Positions 19,578 to 29,613 of a stretch of 64,000 nt of DNA are shown here, piece after piece. Each line of letters starts with the position of its first letter. Position 1 is the first letter of the stretch. The stretch is from Flavobacteriales bacterium (GTDB lineage: Bacteria; Bacteroidota; Bacteroidia; CAIKAF01): assembly GCA_022402535.1 (NCBI GenBank), contig JAKRSD010000020.1, forward strand, positions 221,341-285,340, given 5' to 3'. The notes beneath the pieces are model-generated. The model was not told the DNA's origin, did no database searches, and saw only the letters and a list, made by a program, of their open reading frames with translations. A program made the translations under genes and the position numbers.

Positions 19578-19958
19578 TTTAATACGTTTTGATACGCAAA
19601 TATACGATTAGGATTTGAAACCGCAACCACTAAATGATTCGATTTGATACGATTAGATTTGATATGATACGAATCATGAAGAATAGGGCTAACACATCCC
19701 CAAAAGACCATAACCTCCTTGAAAAATTTCGGGACGTTGAAGCCGAACGTGTAACCTCCTGAGTTGCCCCCGGCCATTTTGCGGCCACCAAACGTACCTA
19801 TGTATACGTAAACACCCTGCATGTACCAAAAGTAAGTAATTTACTGTTGTGAATTTTAGCCCTTTAGCCGGTTGGTGAAAACACTAACCAGGGGCATAAA
19901 TAATTCTTCAACAAATAACTTTTGTATATTTGGTCGTAGGATAAAAAACTAAACCCAA

Positions 19959-20750
19959 ATGCAAGTTTTCAAAATGATTAAAATATGGGGGGGAGTACTG
20001 ATTACAATCATGAATTTTTCCTGTAAAAAGCCTATAGATATACCGCCAACTGAAATACCGCCAACTGAATGCCCTACTGCTATTTCACCTTCATTAATTG
20101 AACCATTTGTTGGTTATTATGAAAGCTCTTACACCTTTTCCACCAAAAATTTAAACTCGGATCCAAAATGTCCTTCAGTATATGTGAGCAAAGTGCATAC
20201 AGAGTACCCAAATGATGAGCAAAATTTTTCACTTGAATTGGACACTTACGGTAAGGTTACCCTTTATAGAAACAACAAAATATTTAACCGCAGTTTTACT
20301 ATCTATGATTACAATCCAAGCAAAAATGAATTACAGGTATGTGATAACGGAGAAAATTTTATATGGTTTGCCCATTCCGGCCTTATGAGAATAAATAATT
20401 TTCCTTCACCAAATTTACATACCGTTTTTACAAAAAAAACCTGTAACGAATTAGATACACTATCAGGACTATACAAGGGTACGATCAAGATATTCAGCAT
20501 TTATTTTACTCAATTGTACGAATACAATGACACTATTTTACCCATCATAAACATATCTAACCAAAATGTTTGTAAGCTTTTAAATACAACACTTAACGAT
20601 ACCATGTTTTTAACCCCAAGAGGGGTTGTTGGCACTAAAGCATGGAATGTGCAACGATTTTGGGGTAAAAATTTTAAAATTGGACGTTATCAATGTAATC
20701 CATACGGTAATGCATTACCCCATTTTGAATTTATTGGACAAAAACTTTAA
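19959..20750 (+). CDS. hypothetical lipoprotein (AT-rich orphan)
   Basis: Signal peptide plus lipobox (ITIMNFSCKK). The ORF is markedly more AT-rich than its neighbours and contains no recognisable domain. Confidence 0.45.
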   Translation: MQVFKMIKIWGGVLITIMNFSCKKPIDIPPTEIPPTECPTAISPSLIEPFVGYYESSYTFSTKNLNSDPKCPSVYVSKVHTEYPNDEQNFSLELDTYGKVTLYRNNKIFNRSFTIYDYNPSKNELQVCDNGENFIWFAHSGLMRINNFPSPNLHTVFTKKTCNELDTLSGLYKGTIKIFSIYFTQLYEYNDTILPIINISNQNVCKLLNTTLNDTMFLTPRGVVGTKAWNVQRFWGKNFKIGRYQCNPYGNALPHFEFIGQKL

Positions 20751-20812
20751 ACAGAGTGTAAAAATTGAAATCAACTGATCTAAACACAAGACTTTTGATT
20801 TAAGCCAAAAAT

Positions 20813-21397
20813 CTACCGCATCAGAATCTCTATCGTTTTTTCCTTATCAATGAGTGCGTCTTTGTTGGTGTTTTTAGTCCAATCACTCACTTCCGCGTTT
20901 CGGGCATAATCCAGGGCGGTTTTTCCGCTGTTGTCTTTTTTCTGTTTATCGGCACCTCGCTGTAGCAGCAGTTCCACCACATCGGCTTTACCATTGGTTG
21001 CGGCGAGCATAAGCGGAGATTCGCCTTTTTGGGTTACCGCATTTACATCCGCCCCTGCGGCAATCAGCGCTTTGCATATCTGCATTCCTCCATAATACGC
21101 ACAGGCAACGTGCAATGCCGTTCTGCCCGCTTCAGAGCGGGGTTGGTCGGGTGTGGCACCGTTTCTCAACAAAAACTGCACCATCGGAATATTACCCCAA
21201 CGGGCGGCTGTCATTAGCGGCGAGGCCCCATACTTATCCCGGGCATTTATATCGGCTCCGTTTTTAATGGCTTCTTTAACCATCAGTGTATCGTCTTTTA
21301 ATACCGCTGAGTGAATATCCTGAGCTTTAGCCAACGAAGTGAATGCGATACCGGTTATGATTAAGTAAATACGTGAAATTGAAAATAACGAGTTCAT
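20813..21397 (-). CDS. secreted ankyrin-repeat protein
   Basis: Signal peptide followed by 4 to 5 ANK repeats (GASPLMTAARWGNIPMVQFLLRNGATPD; GRTALHVACAYYG...; GESPLMLAATNGKADVVELLLQRGAD). Confidence 0.8.
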   Translation of the reverse strand: MNSLFSISRIYLIITGIAFTSLAKAQDIHSAVLKDDTLMVKEAIKNGADINARDKYGASPLMTAARWGNIPMVQFLLRNGATPDQPRSEAGRTALHVACAYYGGMQICKALIAAGADVNAVTQKGESPLMLAATNGKADVVELLLQRGADKQKKDNSGKTALDYARNAEVSDWTKNTNKDALIDKEKTIEILMR

Positions 21398-21545
21398 TAA
21401 ATACTAAGTTATCTGTCAAATATAAACGGAAAAGAATTGTACTCCTGTTTTATTTATAATTGGATATCCAGATAAACCGCTCGATGAAACCCGAAGGCGA
21501 ATGCAAACGTTTGTCTTGAAAATCAAGTATTTAAATTAGAAAAAG

Positions 21546-21590
21546 GTGATAAAAAAAGCTCCTTGAATTTCTTCAAAGAGCTTTTATTTT
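21546..21590 (-). terminator. Rho-independent terminator of the fasciclin gene
   Basis: AGCTC-CTTGAATTTCTTCAAAG-GAGCT hairpin preceded on the plus strand by AAAAAAA, which gives the T-run on the minus strand. Confidence 0.45.
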
Positions 21591-21605
21591 GTGAATTAAC
21601 TATTC

Positions 21606-22109
21606 TTATTTAGGAAGAACAACGGCATCAATTACGTGAATCACTCCGTTACTGCCTTTTAAATCAACCGTAGTTACGTAAGCTGAATTACCAGACTCAT
21701 CCGTCAGCTTCACTTTATCGCCATCCATAGATCCGGTTAATTTACCCCCACTAACGGTGGTTAAAACGGCCTTACCTTTTCCTTTTTTGATAGCTTCAAC
21801 TACAGCCGCAGCATCTAAATCTCCGCTTACCACATGATAGGTCAAAATTTTAGACAATTGGGCTTTATTTTCCGGTTTTAATAAACTGGTTAATGTTCCA
21901 TCAGGCAATTTATCGAAAGCCGCATTGGTAGGAGCAAAAACCGTGAACGGCCCTTTCCCTTGAAGGGTGGTTACTAAATCAGCTGCTTTCAGAGCGGCTA
22001 CAAGGGTTGTATGGTCTTTTGAACCTACGGCAATGTCAACTACGGTTTTTGTTTGACTAAATCCTACAAACGAGGCAAGACTGAATAACACTACAAATAC
22101 TTTTCTCAT
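21606..22109 (-). CDS. fasciclin (FAS1) domain protein, secreted
   Basis: Signal peptide, and FAS1 blocks TVFAPTNAAFDKLP and ILTYHVVSG. Confidence 0.85.
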   Translation of the reverse strand: MRKVFVVLFSLASFVGFSQTKTVVDIAVGSKDHTTLVAALKAADLVTTLQGKGPFTVFAPTNAAFDKLPDGTLTSLLKPENKAQLSKILTYHVVSGDLDAAAVVEAIKKGKGKAVLTTVSGGKLTGSMDGDKVKLTDESGNSAYVTTVDLKGSNGVIHVIDAVVLPK

Positions 22110-22290
22110 GATTCTACTTATTTTAAATTATTGATATACAGGTAAACATAGGCTTGATGGAAAGGTTTACCCATTCTTGAAATAAAAAGATACGTTAACA
22201 TACAGAAGTAAAACCTTAACACTATTTCATGGCTCTCTAAAACCAAAATCTGATTTTAATATCAAACATATTTTTTTATACTTTCGAGGT

Positions 22291-24237
22291 ATGAGAAGTA
22301 TATGGCTGAGCATCCTGACCCTTTTTGCGGCGCACGCTGTTTTTTCGCAGGTATGTACCAATAACCGATATCGTGAACGGGTGTTTTCGCAGGTAAACAA
22401 AACCGCAAACATCCACTATGCCACAGTTCAGTCGCTTCCCACCGTATATTTGAACGAAACCCAAACCGTAACCCAAAACCTATACTTAGATGTATGGCAA
22501 CCTGCGGGCGACACGCTACAAAAAAGGCCCTTGGTTATTTTAGCCTTTGGAGGAGCCTTTCTTATCGGAACCAAAAACGATGCAGATATCCAGGCCGCCT
22601 GTGATTCGCTGGCCCATCTGGGCTATGTTACCGCATCCATACAATACCGCCTGGGACTCAATCCGCTGGTGGCGGCTTCGGGCGAACGGGCCGTGTACCG
22701 TGCCGCACAGGATTATTCAGCAGCGGTGCGCTATTTTAAACAGTTTGCCAATCAATATAACATTGACACTTCGGCAATTTTCGTAGGCGGGTGCAGTGCG
22801 GGCAGCTTTGCTGCTTTACACATGGCCTACGGCGAAGATGATGAACGCCCTGCAAGTACTTTTGCGTCCGGCGGTCTTTTTCCTGCCCCGGACCTGGGTT
22901 GTTTCGACTGTTCGGGAAATGCCTATCCGTTTTCGCACAGGGTGCGCGGCGTCATTAATATGTGGGGAGCTATCGGCTTCACCAGTTGGATTGAACCCAA
23001 TGACCCTCCCATTGTGAGTTTCCATGGCACCTTAGATCCTGTTGTTCCCTATAACGAAGGCTTCCCGTTTACCGCAGGAGCAACGCTTCCATTTGTATAT
23101 GGTTCAGCAAAAATTTTGGAAAGAACCCAGCAATTGGGCATTCACCATGAATTTTATTCCTATCCGAGTGCATTACACCAGCTTTGGGGAGCAGGACTCG
23201 AAGAAACCTGGGTGGCGGGTCCCACCGAATTTCAAGTACCCATTCTGAACGGAATACGCGATTTCTTATTTGGCCAACTGAAACCGCTTCCCACATCCCT
23301 TTCCGGACCTGAAAATGCCTGTTCCGGGGAGCAATTTTGGTATCAGGTGCCGCTTCGTTCAGGCTTCAGTTACTGCTGGCAGGTTCAAAACGGGCAGATT
23401 CTTCAACAAAACAATAACCAACTGTTGGTGAAGTGGAATTTCCCGGGCAACGGAGTGGTAAAAGTGATGGAAATCAGCCCAAATCAGATTCCAACAGACA
23501 CATTTCTGGTTAAAAACATTACCATAAACCCCACTCCCCAAATTCAGATTACGGGCATGCAGGCAATATGCGCAGGTGATACGGCCACCCTTAACATCAG
23601 TGGCGGTTCCGACACTTATGTATTCACCCCTTCGGGAAATGTGACGCAAACGGCTCCGGGGCAATTTCAGCTTTGGCCCACACAAACCACATCCTACACG
23701 ATTTTGGGACAAACCCAATCCGGCTGCTCGGCCCAATCCGCCTGGAATATTACGGTGAACCCTAGTCCCGTGGCTCCTATTATCACCCGTCAAAACGATA
23801 TTCTCTTTGTGCCCCAGCAATACAGTACTTATCAATGGTATCTGGACGGTTTACCCATAACCGGAGCCAACTCCAACACGGTTGCCATTATCGGTAACGG
23901 AACCTACAGTGTGCTGGTGGGTAACAACCAAAACTGCGCTGTTTTTTCGTTCCCATACAATGTCCAAAACCTTTCTGTAGAAGACTACAACCAAGAGGTT
24001 CCGGCTATTTTTCCCAACCCTTCGGAAGGTTTGTTTACGCTAACTGGCTTAACGATTGGTGCCTGTAATCTGCAAATTCTTGATATGACAGGGAAAACGG
24101 TATATCAAAAGTCTTTTGTGGTTTCGGATTTATCTCCTCAGCCCGTTTCCGTGAATCTGCCGGGCGGTGTGTATGTACTCAATATTTCTAAAGTAAACGG
24201 CGAAAAAACGAACCTTCGCCTGATTATCGCGAAATAA
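22291..24237 (+). CDS. alpha/beta-hydrolase (carboxylesterase/lipase) with Ig-like repeats and a T9SS C-terminal domain
   Basis: Signal peptide, oxyanion region LAFGGAF, nucleophile elbow GGCSAGS (GxSxG) and a C-terminal PAIFPNPSEGLFTLTGL...LRLIIAK T9SS CTD. Confidence 0.75.
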   Translation: MRSIWLSILTLFAAHAVFSQVCTNNRYRERVFSQVNKTANIHYATVQSLPTVYLNETQTVTQNLYLDVWQPAGDTLQKRPLVILAFGGAFLIGTKNDADIQAACDSLAHLGYVTASIQYRLGLNPLVAASGERAVYRAAQDYSAAVRYFKQFANQYNIDTSAIFVGGCSAGSFAALHMAYGEDDERPASTFASGGLFPAPDLGCFDCSGNAYPFSHRVRGVINMWGAIGFTSWIEPNDPPIVSFHGTLDPVVPYNEGFPFTAGATLPFVYGSAKILERTQQLGIHHEFYSYPSALHQLWGAGLEETWVAGPTEFQVPILNGIRDFLFGQLKPLPTSLSGPENACSGEQFWYQVPLRSGFSYCWQVQNGQILQQNNNQLLVKWNFPGNGVVKVMEISPNQIPTDTFLVKNITINPTPQIQITGMQAICAGDTATLNISGGSDTYVFTPSGNVTQTAPGQFQLWPTQTTSYTILGQTQSGCSAQSAWNITVNPSPVAPIITRQNDILFVPQQYSTYQWYLDGLPITGANSNTVAIIGNGTYSVLVGNNQNCAVFSFPYNVQNLSVEDYNQEVPAIFPNPSEGLFTLTGLTIGACNLQILDMTGKTVYQKSFVVSDLSPQPVSVNLPGGVYVLNISKVNGEKTNLRLIIAK

Positions 24238-24586
24238 AAAAGGCATACTTGCGTATGCCTTGATCAGAAAATTATATTGCTTTCTAGTGCTTTTCTTTGG
24301 GATGTCTTAGCATCTGAATCATCCACCAGATAGTTAATGCAGAGCCTGCAAAAATCATAAACCAATTGAAGTTCATTCCTAAAGCTTCAATGCCTTTGAA
24401 GCTCCATTCAAAAAAGTCTCTTAATGCATTAAATAGCCAATCCATATCTGTAGATGCGTTAATTGTTATCGGGCCAAAGGTAAAAATATTCTTTTCATCC
24501 CAAATAGCTGAATCTGTTTTTTTAGAAACAGAGAAATCTGTTCTGCAATTTTACGCGGCACGCATTGTGTGAATGCCGCCTGATAT

Positions 24587-25624
24587 TTGTTTCTTTGCGG
24601 CTTCAGAATAGAAATGGTGCAACTGCTGAACTTACATAAAAACAAACACGTATCGGTACTTATATCGGTACTTCTTGTCATTGTACTTCGGGCAGGCAAC
24701 TTTTTTTACCCCGCTGAAAAATCAAATGCTGATGGCGTTTTATATCCATTTTTGCATGTAGGGGATTGGTCCGTATTTGTTCAAACTCTTGCAGGAATAG
24801 GACTTACGCTACTTAACCTGTTTTTATTTGACTTTGTGCTTACGCGCTTCAATCTGATGGGAAACCTTTCGGGATTGCCGGTGTTCTTTTTTGCCATTAT
24901 CGCATCACTTCACCCCTCCATGGGAAACATTTCTCCCGGGCTTACGGCTTTGCCTTTTATTGTATTGGGCTTTTGGGGCCTGTTGAACAATTTCGGAGAA
25001 AAAAGAGGGCAATACAGCGCATTTTGGGCGGGACTAAGTTTTGGTTTTAGCGCCTTGCTTTACTTTCCCTACATCGTATTTATTCCCTTTGCAATTACAT
25101 CACTTTCCGTTATGAAACCCGCAACAGGCAGAGAATATATTGCGCTGGTTTTGGGTTTGGTTCTGCCATTTGGTTGGACCTATTCGCTATTTTTCCTGAC
25201 AGATTATCCCAGTCCTACTATTTCCAAAGTCGGATATGCTGACCTATCGATGTTTGCAAAAGGCATTTCAAAATCTTGGGGGGTATGGCTATCTGCATTC
25301 ACCATTTTCGGGCTGATGAATTTGGGACTGTTGAATTTGGTAAAAACGTTCAATGCCAATAAAATCATTGTGCGCCGGTTTTTTACTGTGATAATCATTC
25401 TTCCTGCATTTTTATTAGCGGGAATAGGTCTCTCGTCTCAACCCTCTCCCGACATTTTTTGGCCTTTGGTATTTCCGTTTACAATCTTGTTGAGCCGTCT
25501 CTTTCCCGAAATAAAAAACCCGGGGCTGCAAAAACTGCTCATCGGTATTTTATTCATCACCATGATTCTGGCACGCTTTGATTTTTATTTTGGCGGCTCG
25601 TTCACATTTAAATTGGTAAATTAG
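24587..25624 (+). CDS. hypothetical polytopic membrane protein
   Basis: Has 8 to 10 hydrophobic helices and no recognisable motif. The start may be an internal Met (MVQLL). Confidence 0.45.
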   Translation: MFLCGFRIEMVQLLNLHKNKHVSVLISVLLVIVLRAGNFFYPAEKSNADGVLYPFLHVGDWSVFVQTLAGIGLTLLNLFLFDFVLTRFNLMGNLSGLPVFFFAIIASLHPSMGNISPGLTALPFIVLGFWGLLNNFGEKRGQYSAFWAGLSFGFSALLYFPYIVFIPFAITSLSVMKPATGREYIALVLGLVLPFGWTYSLFFLTDYPSPTISKVGYADLSMFAKGISKSWGVWLSAFTIFGLMNLGLLNLVKTFNANKIIVRRFFTVIIILPAFLLAGIGLSSQPSPDIFWPLVFPFTILLSRLFPEIKNPGLQKLLIGILFITMILARFDFYFGGSFTFKLVN

Positions 25625-25637
25625 CGCCCTGAAATTA

Positions 25638-26336
25638 TTGTCCATGAAATTTGGTGTTATCACATTCCCGGGATCCAATTGCGACCACGACCTTTTATAC
25701 TGCCTTGAACAGATTTCGGGCAAAAAACCGGTAAACCTCTGGCATAAAGACCACGACCTGCAAGGGTGCGATATGGTATTTTGTCCGGGTGGGTTTTCGT
25801 ATGGTGATTATCTTCGTTCGGGAGCGATTGCCCGTTTTTCACCCATCATGAAAGAAGTGGTTGATTTTGCTTCTAAGGGCGGATATGTGATGGGAATCTG
25901 TAATGGGTTTCAAATTTTGACCGAAGCCGGATTGCTGGATGGCGCTTTATTACACAATAATTCTCGCACGTTTATCTGCAAAAATGTTCACCTGCGCACT
26001 GAAACATCAGACACCCTGATTACCTCCAAAATTGAAAAGGGAACTGTGCTTAAAGTGCCTATTGCCCATGGTGAAGGCCGTTTTTTCTGCGATGCAGACA
26101 CTCTTAAACAAATTCAGGACGATGACCGCGTGCTTTTCCGCTATTGCGATGAAAACGGAAACATCACAGAAGAGTCCAATCCTAACGGAGCATTAGATAA
26201 TATTGCGGGTATCACCAACAAAGGCCGTAACGTATTTGGTATGATGCCCCATCCTGAACGGGCATGGGCTGATTATCTTTCTAATGCGGATGGTAGAATC
26301 TTGTTTGAAAGTATTCTGAGCAAAGTAGCCGTTTAG
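25638..26336 (+). CDS. purQ: phosphoribosylformylglycinamidine synthase subunit PurQ (glutaminase)
   Basis: Starts MKFGVITFPGSNCDHD, with nucleophile GICNGFQIL and His block MPHPERA. Confidence 0.9.
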   Translation: MSMKFGVITFPGSNCDHDLLYCLEQISGKKPVNLWHKDHDLQGCDMVFCPGGFSYGDYLRSGAIARFSPIMKEVVDFASKGGYVMGICNGFQILTEAGLLDGALLHNNSRTFICKNVHLRTETSDTLITSKIEKGTVLKVPIAHGEGRFFCDADTLKQIQDDDRVLFRYCDENGNITEESNPNGALDNIAGITNKGRNVFGMMPHPERAWADYLSNADGRILFESILSKVAV

Positions 26337-26343
26337 TTCGCTA

Positions 26344-27474
26344 CTATTTCGATTTATAGCGGATTCTGTACACCGAATCCCCAAAATCATCACTTACCAG
26401 AATAGAGCCGTCGGGCATTTCCAAAATATCCACGGGGCGGCCCCAACGTTCGCCGGCATCATTAAGCCAACCTTCGGCAAATACTTCGTAGGATGTAGCT
26501 TTGTTGTTTTCGATTTGTACAAAAGTTACTCTGTAGCCGATGGGTTTGGTCCGGTTCCAAGATCCGTGTTCGGCAATAAAAACACCCTTTCGGTACTTTT
26601 CGGGGAAAGCATTTCCCCTGTAAAACATCATCCCCAAGGGTGCTGTATGCGGTCCCAGATTTTGGGCGGGTGAAGCAAAATCCCCGCAATTTTTTCCTTT
26701 ACCATATTCCGGGTCGGAAATGTTATCTCCATGACAATAGGGGAAGCCAAAATGCATTCCCGCTTTGGGAGCATGGTTAAGTTCACAGGGTGGAATATCA
26801 TCACCCAGCCAGTCGCGGCCATTATCAGTAAACCACAACTCTCCCGTTTGCGGATGCCAATCAAAACCAACCGAATTGCGCACACCCGAAGCAAACACCT
26901 CGGCCTCAGTGCCGTCACTGTTCATTCGCATGATGGATGCATACCGTTTGTCTTCCTGTTCACAGATATTACAGGGCGCCCCTACAGGTACGTATAGTTT
27001 TCCATCCGGACCAAAGTCAATAAATTTCCAACCGTGATGTTCCTCCGAGGGGAAACTGTATTTCAGCACTTCCGGCTCAGGGGCTTTTTCTTTATAGTTC
27101 CCTATGTTCCGATAAACCAATATTCTAGATACCTCAGAAACATACAAATCGCCTTTGTGATAAGTGATTCCGGTAGGCATATGCAGCTTATCCGCCAGTA
27201 CTTTCACCTCATCTGCCTTTCCATCCCCGTTATTGTCTTTAATCCGATAAAGTTTTCCCTCTTTCCGCGATCCGGCGTAAACGGTTCCAGTTTCATCCAT
27301 GGTCATGGAGCGGATATTTTTTACCCCCGAAGTAAATAGGGAAATTTCAAATCCATCGGGTAATTTGATTTCGGCCAAACGGGAATCAGATTGTGAATTG
27401 CCAAGTTTAACGGGCGGATTGACGCGGCAACCGCTGCTTAACAAAAACATTCCGACAGCAAGATATATTTTCAT
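26344..27474 (-). CDS. PQQ-dependent sugar (glucose/sorbosone) dehydrogenase-family beta-propeller lipoprotein
   Basis: Lipobox LLSSGCR and the repeated beta-propeller blades typical of the soluble glucose dehydrogenase/SGL family (HMPTGITYHKGDLYVSE..., GRPVDILEMPDGSILVSDD). Confidence 0.55.
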   Translation of the reverse strand: MKIYLAVGMFLLSSGCRVNPPVKLGNSQSDSRLAEIKLPDGFEISLFTSGVKNIRSMTMDETGTVYAGSRKEGKLYRIKDNNGDGKADEVKVLADKLHMPTGITYHKGDLYVSEVSRILVYRNIGNYKEKAPEPEVLKYSFPSEEHHGWKFIDFGPDGKLYVPVGAPCNICEQEDKRYASIMRMNSDGTEAEVFASGVRNSVGFDWHPQTGELWFTDNGRDWLGDDIPPCELNHAPKAGMHFGFPYCHGDNISDPEYGKGKNCGDFASPAQNLGPHTAPLGMMFYRGNAFPEKYRKGVFIAEHGSWNRTKPIGYRVTFVQIENNKATSYEVFAEGWLNDAGERWGRPVDILEMPDGSILVSDDFGDSVYRIRYKSK

Positions 27475-27616
27475 ACAATATTAGATGTATTTTGATTAGG
27501 ATGTAAAGATAACCACGAAACCCGATTTCGGTTTAAGGCAAACGATATCCCTGTTTTACACAAACTTACGTGAATAAATGAACCCTCATTCGATTACCAA
27601 GACCCAATATTTGGAA

Positions 27617-27624
27617 TACCTTTG
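27617..27624 (+). promoter_or_regulatory. -7 promoter element (TACCTTTG) for rbfA
   Basis: The exact TAnnTTTG box lies 27 bp upstream of ATG 27651. Its position argues against the upstream ORF-track start at 27627. Confidence 0.35.
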
Positions 27625-27650
27625 GTGTGATATTTGGTAATTTACAGTTC

Positions 27651-27992
27651 ATGGACAGTACAAGACAACTAAAAGTTAACGAGCTTTTAAAAAGAGAAAT
27701 CAGCACCATTTTCCAGCTAAAAGGGCGAACCATGTTCGGGCCGGAACTTATTTCGGTAACCGAGGTTCGAATCACACCGGATTTATCCATTGCAAAAGTT
27801 TACCTCAGCATTTTCCCAACGAATAACAAACGAGCCATCATGGATGCTGTGGATGAGCAAAACTCCACTTTACGATTTGAATTAGGGAATCGGGTGAAAA
27901 GTCAGCTTCGCAAAATTCCTGAATTACACTTCTATTTGGATGATACGTTAGACCAATTGGAAAAAATAGACAACTTGCTGAAAAACAAGTAG
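27651..27992 (+). CDS. rbfA: ribosome-binding factor A
   Basis: KVNELLKREISTIFQLK...ISVTEVRITPDLSIAKVYLSIF is the RbfA KH-like fold signature. The start is set at MDSTRQ. Confidence 0.8.
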   Translation: MDSTRQLKVNELLKREISTIFQLKGRTMFGPELISVTEVRITPDLSIAKVYLSIFPTNNKRAIMDAVDEQNSTLRFELGNRVKSQLRKIPELHFYLDDTLDQLEKIDNLLKNK

Positions 27993-28124
27993 TATCAAGA
28001 ATATATTTGCCTTAATCAATGTATAAACAGTGCATTTTTTTGCCTGTTCCCTTTCTTATTTACTTACCGGAAGCAATTCTTTGGCATAGTATTTGCTAAG
28101 TGTTGCACCGCAAAATAAACGGGT

Positions 28125-28568
28125 ATGAAAAACAGTATTATTTTGGTTATCATGGTGTTGGGAACATTCTTTTCATCATTTTCCCAAACAAACCCACGCT
28201 CATGGAACGGAAAAGACAGCGTGTATACCGGCAAAGCCACCTGGTACGGTGCCGCACTGCAAGGCAATCTAACCGCCAGTGGTGAGCGATTCGACTACAA
28301 TAAATTTACGGCGGCACATAAATTCCTTCCCTTAGGAACTTATGTAAAAGTGACCAATCTGTCAAACAACCGGTCCATTATCGTAAAAATTAATGACCGC
28401 CTTCCATTAACCTCCTCTCCCATCATTGACCTAACAAGAGCTTCAGCAGAAGAGCTTGGTTATCGTAAAATGGGAGTTGCAAAAGTGAAACTGGAAGTCA
28501 TGAATATGCCCAGCCTGATTCCCGAATTGTGGTTAGACATGTTACTGAGCGCACAAGCATCAAACTGA
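28125..28568 (+). CDS. RlpA-like (septal ring lytic transglycosylase family) DPBB-domain protein
   Basis: Signal peptide, then GKATWYGAALQGNLTASGERFD...LPLGTYVKVTNLSNNRSIIVKINDR, a double-psi beta-barrel. Confidence 0.7.
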   Translation: MKNSIILVIMVLGTFFSSFSQTNPRSWNGKDSVYTGKATWYGAALQGNLTASGERFDYNKFTAAHKFLPLGTYVKVTNLSNNRSIIVKINDRLPLTSSPIIDLTRASAEELGYRKMGVAKVKLEVMNMPSLIPELWLDMLLSAQASN

Positions 28569-28626
28569 TGCTTAACAAACCGGTTCTATTGTGCATATTT
28601 GCTGGGTAATTAACAGCATATAGCGC

Positions 28627-29520
28627 ATGGTGGAATATAATCCAAAGGACTGGTTCGGCTTCATTTTCAGATTCCATAAAGCAGACACCTTCCGAAAACT
28701 CGGCCCCATCATGATTGGGTTGATTATGTATGGCTTTTTAATGGTGTTCCTTTTCCACAGCCTGTTTCATCTGGACGAACAAAAACAATGGGAAAACTTC
28801 TCCTTGGTATACTCTATCCTGGGATTTGTTATTTCTCTTCTCTTTGTTTTCCGCACCAATACGGCATATGACCGTTGGTGGGAAGGACGAAAACAATGGG
28901 GCAGCCTCGTAAACATCAGCCGTTCATTGGCTCAAAAACTTAAATCCTCCGGCATCAGCAAAGACGATCGCGAAGACTTTGCAGCCCTGATTCCCAATTT
29001 TGCATTTGCGCTTAAAAATCATTTGCGATCTATACACATCCCTGAAGAATTAGAAGATAACTCTATATTGCCGGTTCATGCTTTGGACCGGGAATCTCAT
29101 GTGCCTAACCAAGTTGCAGGAAGCATTCATCAACGGATCAACAGTTTGTACACTTCCGGGAAAATTAGCGATATGCAATTTTTATCCATGCAGCAGGAGA
29201 CCGCAGCCATGTATGACATTTTGGGCGCCTGTGAGCGAATTAAAAACACCCCTATTCCTTTTAGCTACAGTTCGTTTTTAAAGAAGTTTATTTTCTTTTA
29301 TGTCATGCTGTTTCCCTTTGTTTTTTTAAAACCCATGGGTTATTTTTTGATTCCGGCACTGCTCTTTGTGTTTTATGTTTTAGCCAGTTTAGAGTTAATT
29401 GCCGAAGAAATTGAAGACCCTTTTGGATCAGATGCCAATGACCTGCCAACCGACAGCATTTCGAAAAACATAAGGAAATCCGTTCATGATATTTTCCTGA
29501 AATTCCCTGTTTACGGATAA
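28627..29520 (+). CDS. bestrophin/UPF0187 (YneE) family ion channel
   Basis: TM pairs plus the conserved block VFRTNTAYDRWWEGRKQWGSLVN. Confidence 0.7.
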   Translation: MVEYNPKDWFGFIFRFHKADTFRKLGPIMIGLIMYGFLMVFLFHSLFHLDEQKQWENFSLVYSILGFVISLLFVFRTNTAYDRWWEGRKQWGSLVNISRSLAQKLKSSGISKDDREDFAALIPNFAFALKNHLRSIHIPEELEDNSILPVHALDRESHVPNQVAGSIHQRINSLYTSGKISDMQFLSMQQETAAMYDILGACERIKNTPIPFSYSSFLKKFIFFYVMLFPFVFLKPMGYFLIPALLFVFYVLASLELIAEEIEDPFGSDANDLPTDSISKNIRKSVHDIFLKFPVYG

Positions 29521-29562
29521 AATCACATTCAACTTTCTGTAGGAAATAAATGAAAATAAGAT

Positions 29563-29570
29563 TAGATTTG
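29563..29570 (+). promoter_or_regulatory. -7 promoter element (TAGATTTG) for the thioredoxin gene
   Basis: Matches TAnnTTTG 44 bp upstream of the ATG. Confidence 0.3.
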
Positions 29571-29613
29571 GCATGGTTTTAGCCATCCGTTTTATTAAAC
29601 TCAATATTATAAA

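Noticed and set aside
19574-19822. An 82-aa minus-strand ORF whose TGA overlaps the fic ATG (an ATGA junction), superficially like a small antitoxin or translationally coupled leader gene
   Set aside because: Its sequence is low-complexity (GGRKMAGGNSGGYTFGF; IKSNRIKSN) and is generated by the ATACG direct repeats it spans. This Fic carries its own inhibitory helix and so needs no antitoxin. The ATGA overlap is plausibly chance.
24366-24699. Two overlapping ORFs of about 70 aa (24366-24572 on the plus strand, 24466-24699 on the minus strand) in the gap before the 24587 membrane-protein gene
   Set aside because: No motifs. They overlap each other and the promoter and terminator region. The region more likely holds regulatory signals, and perhaps the 53-aa mini-ORF noted separately.
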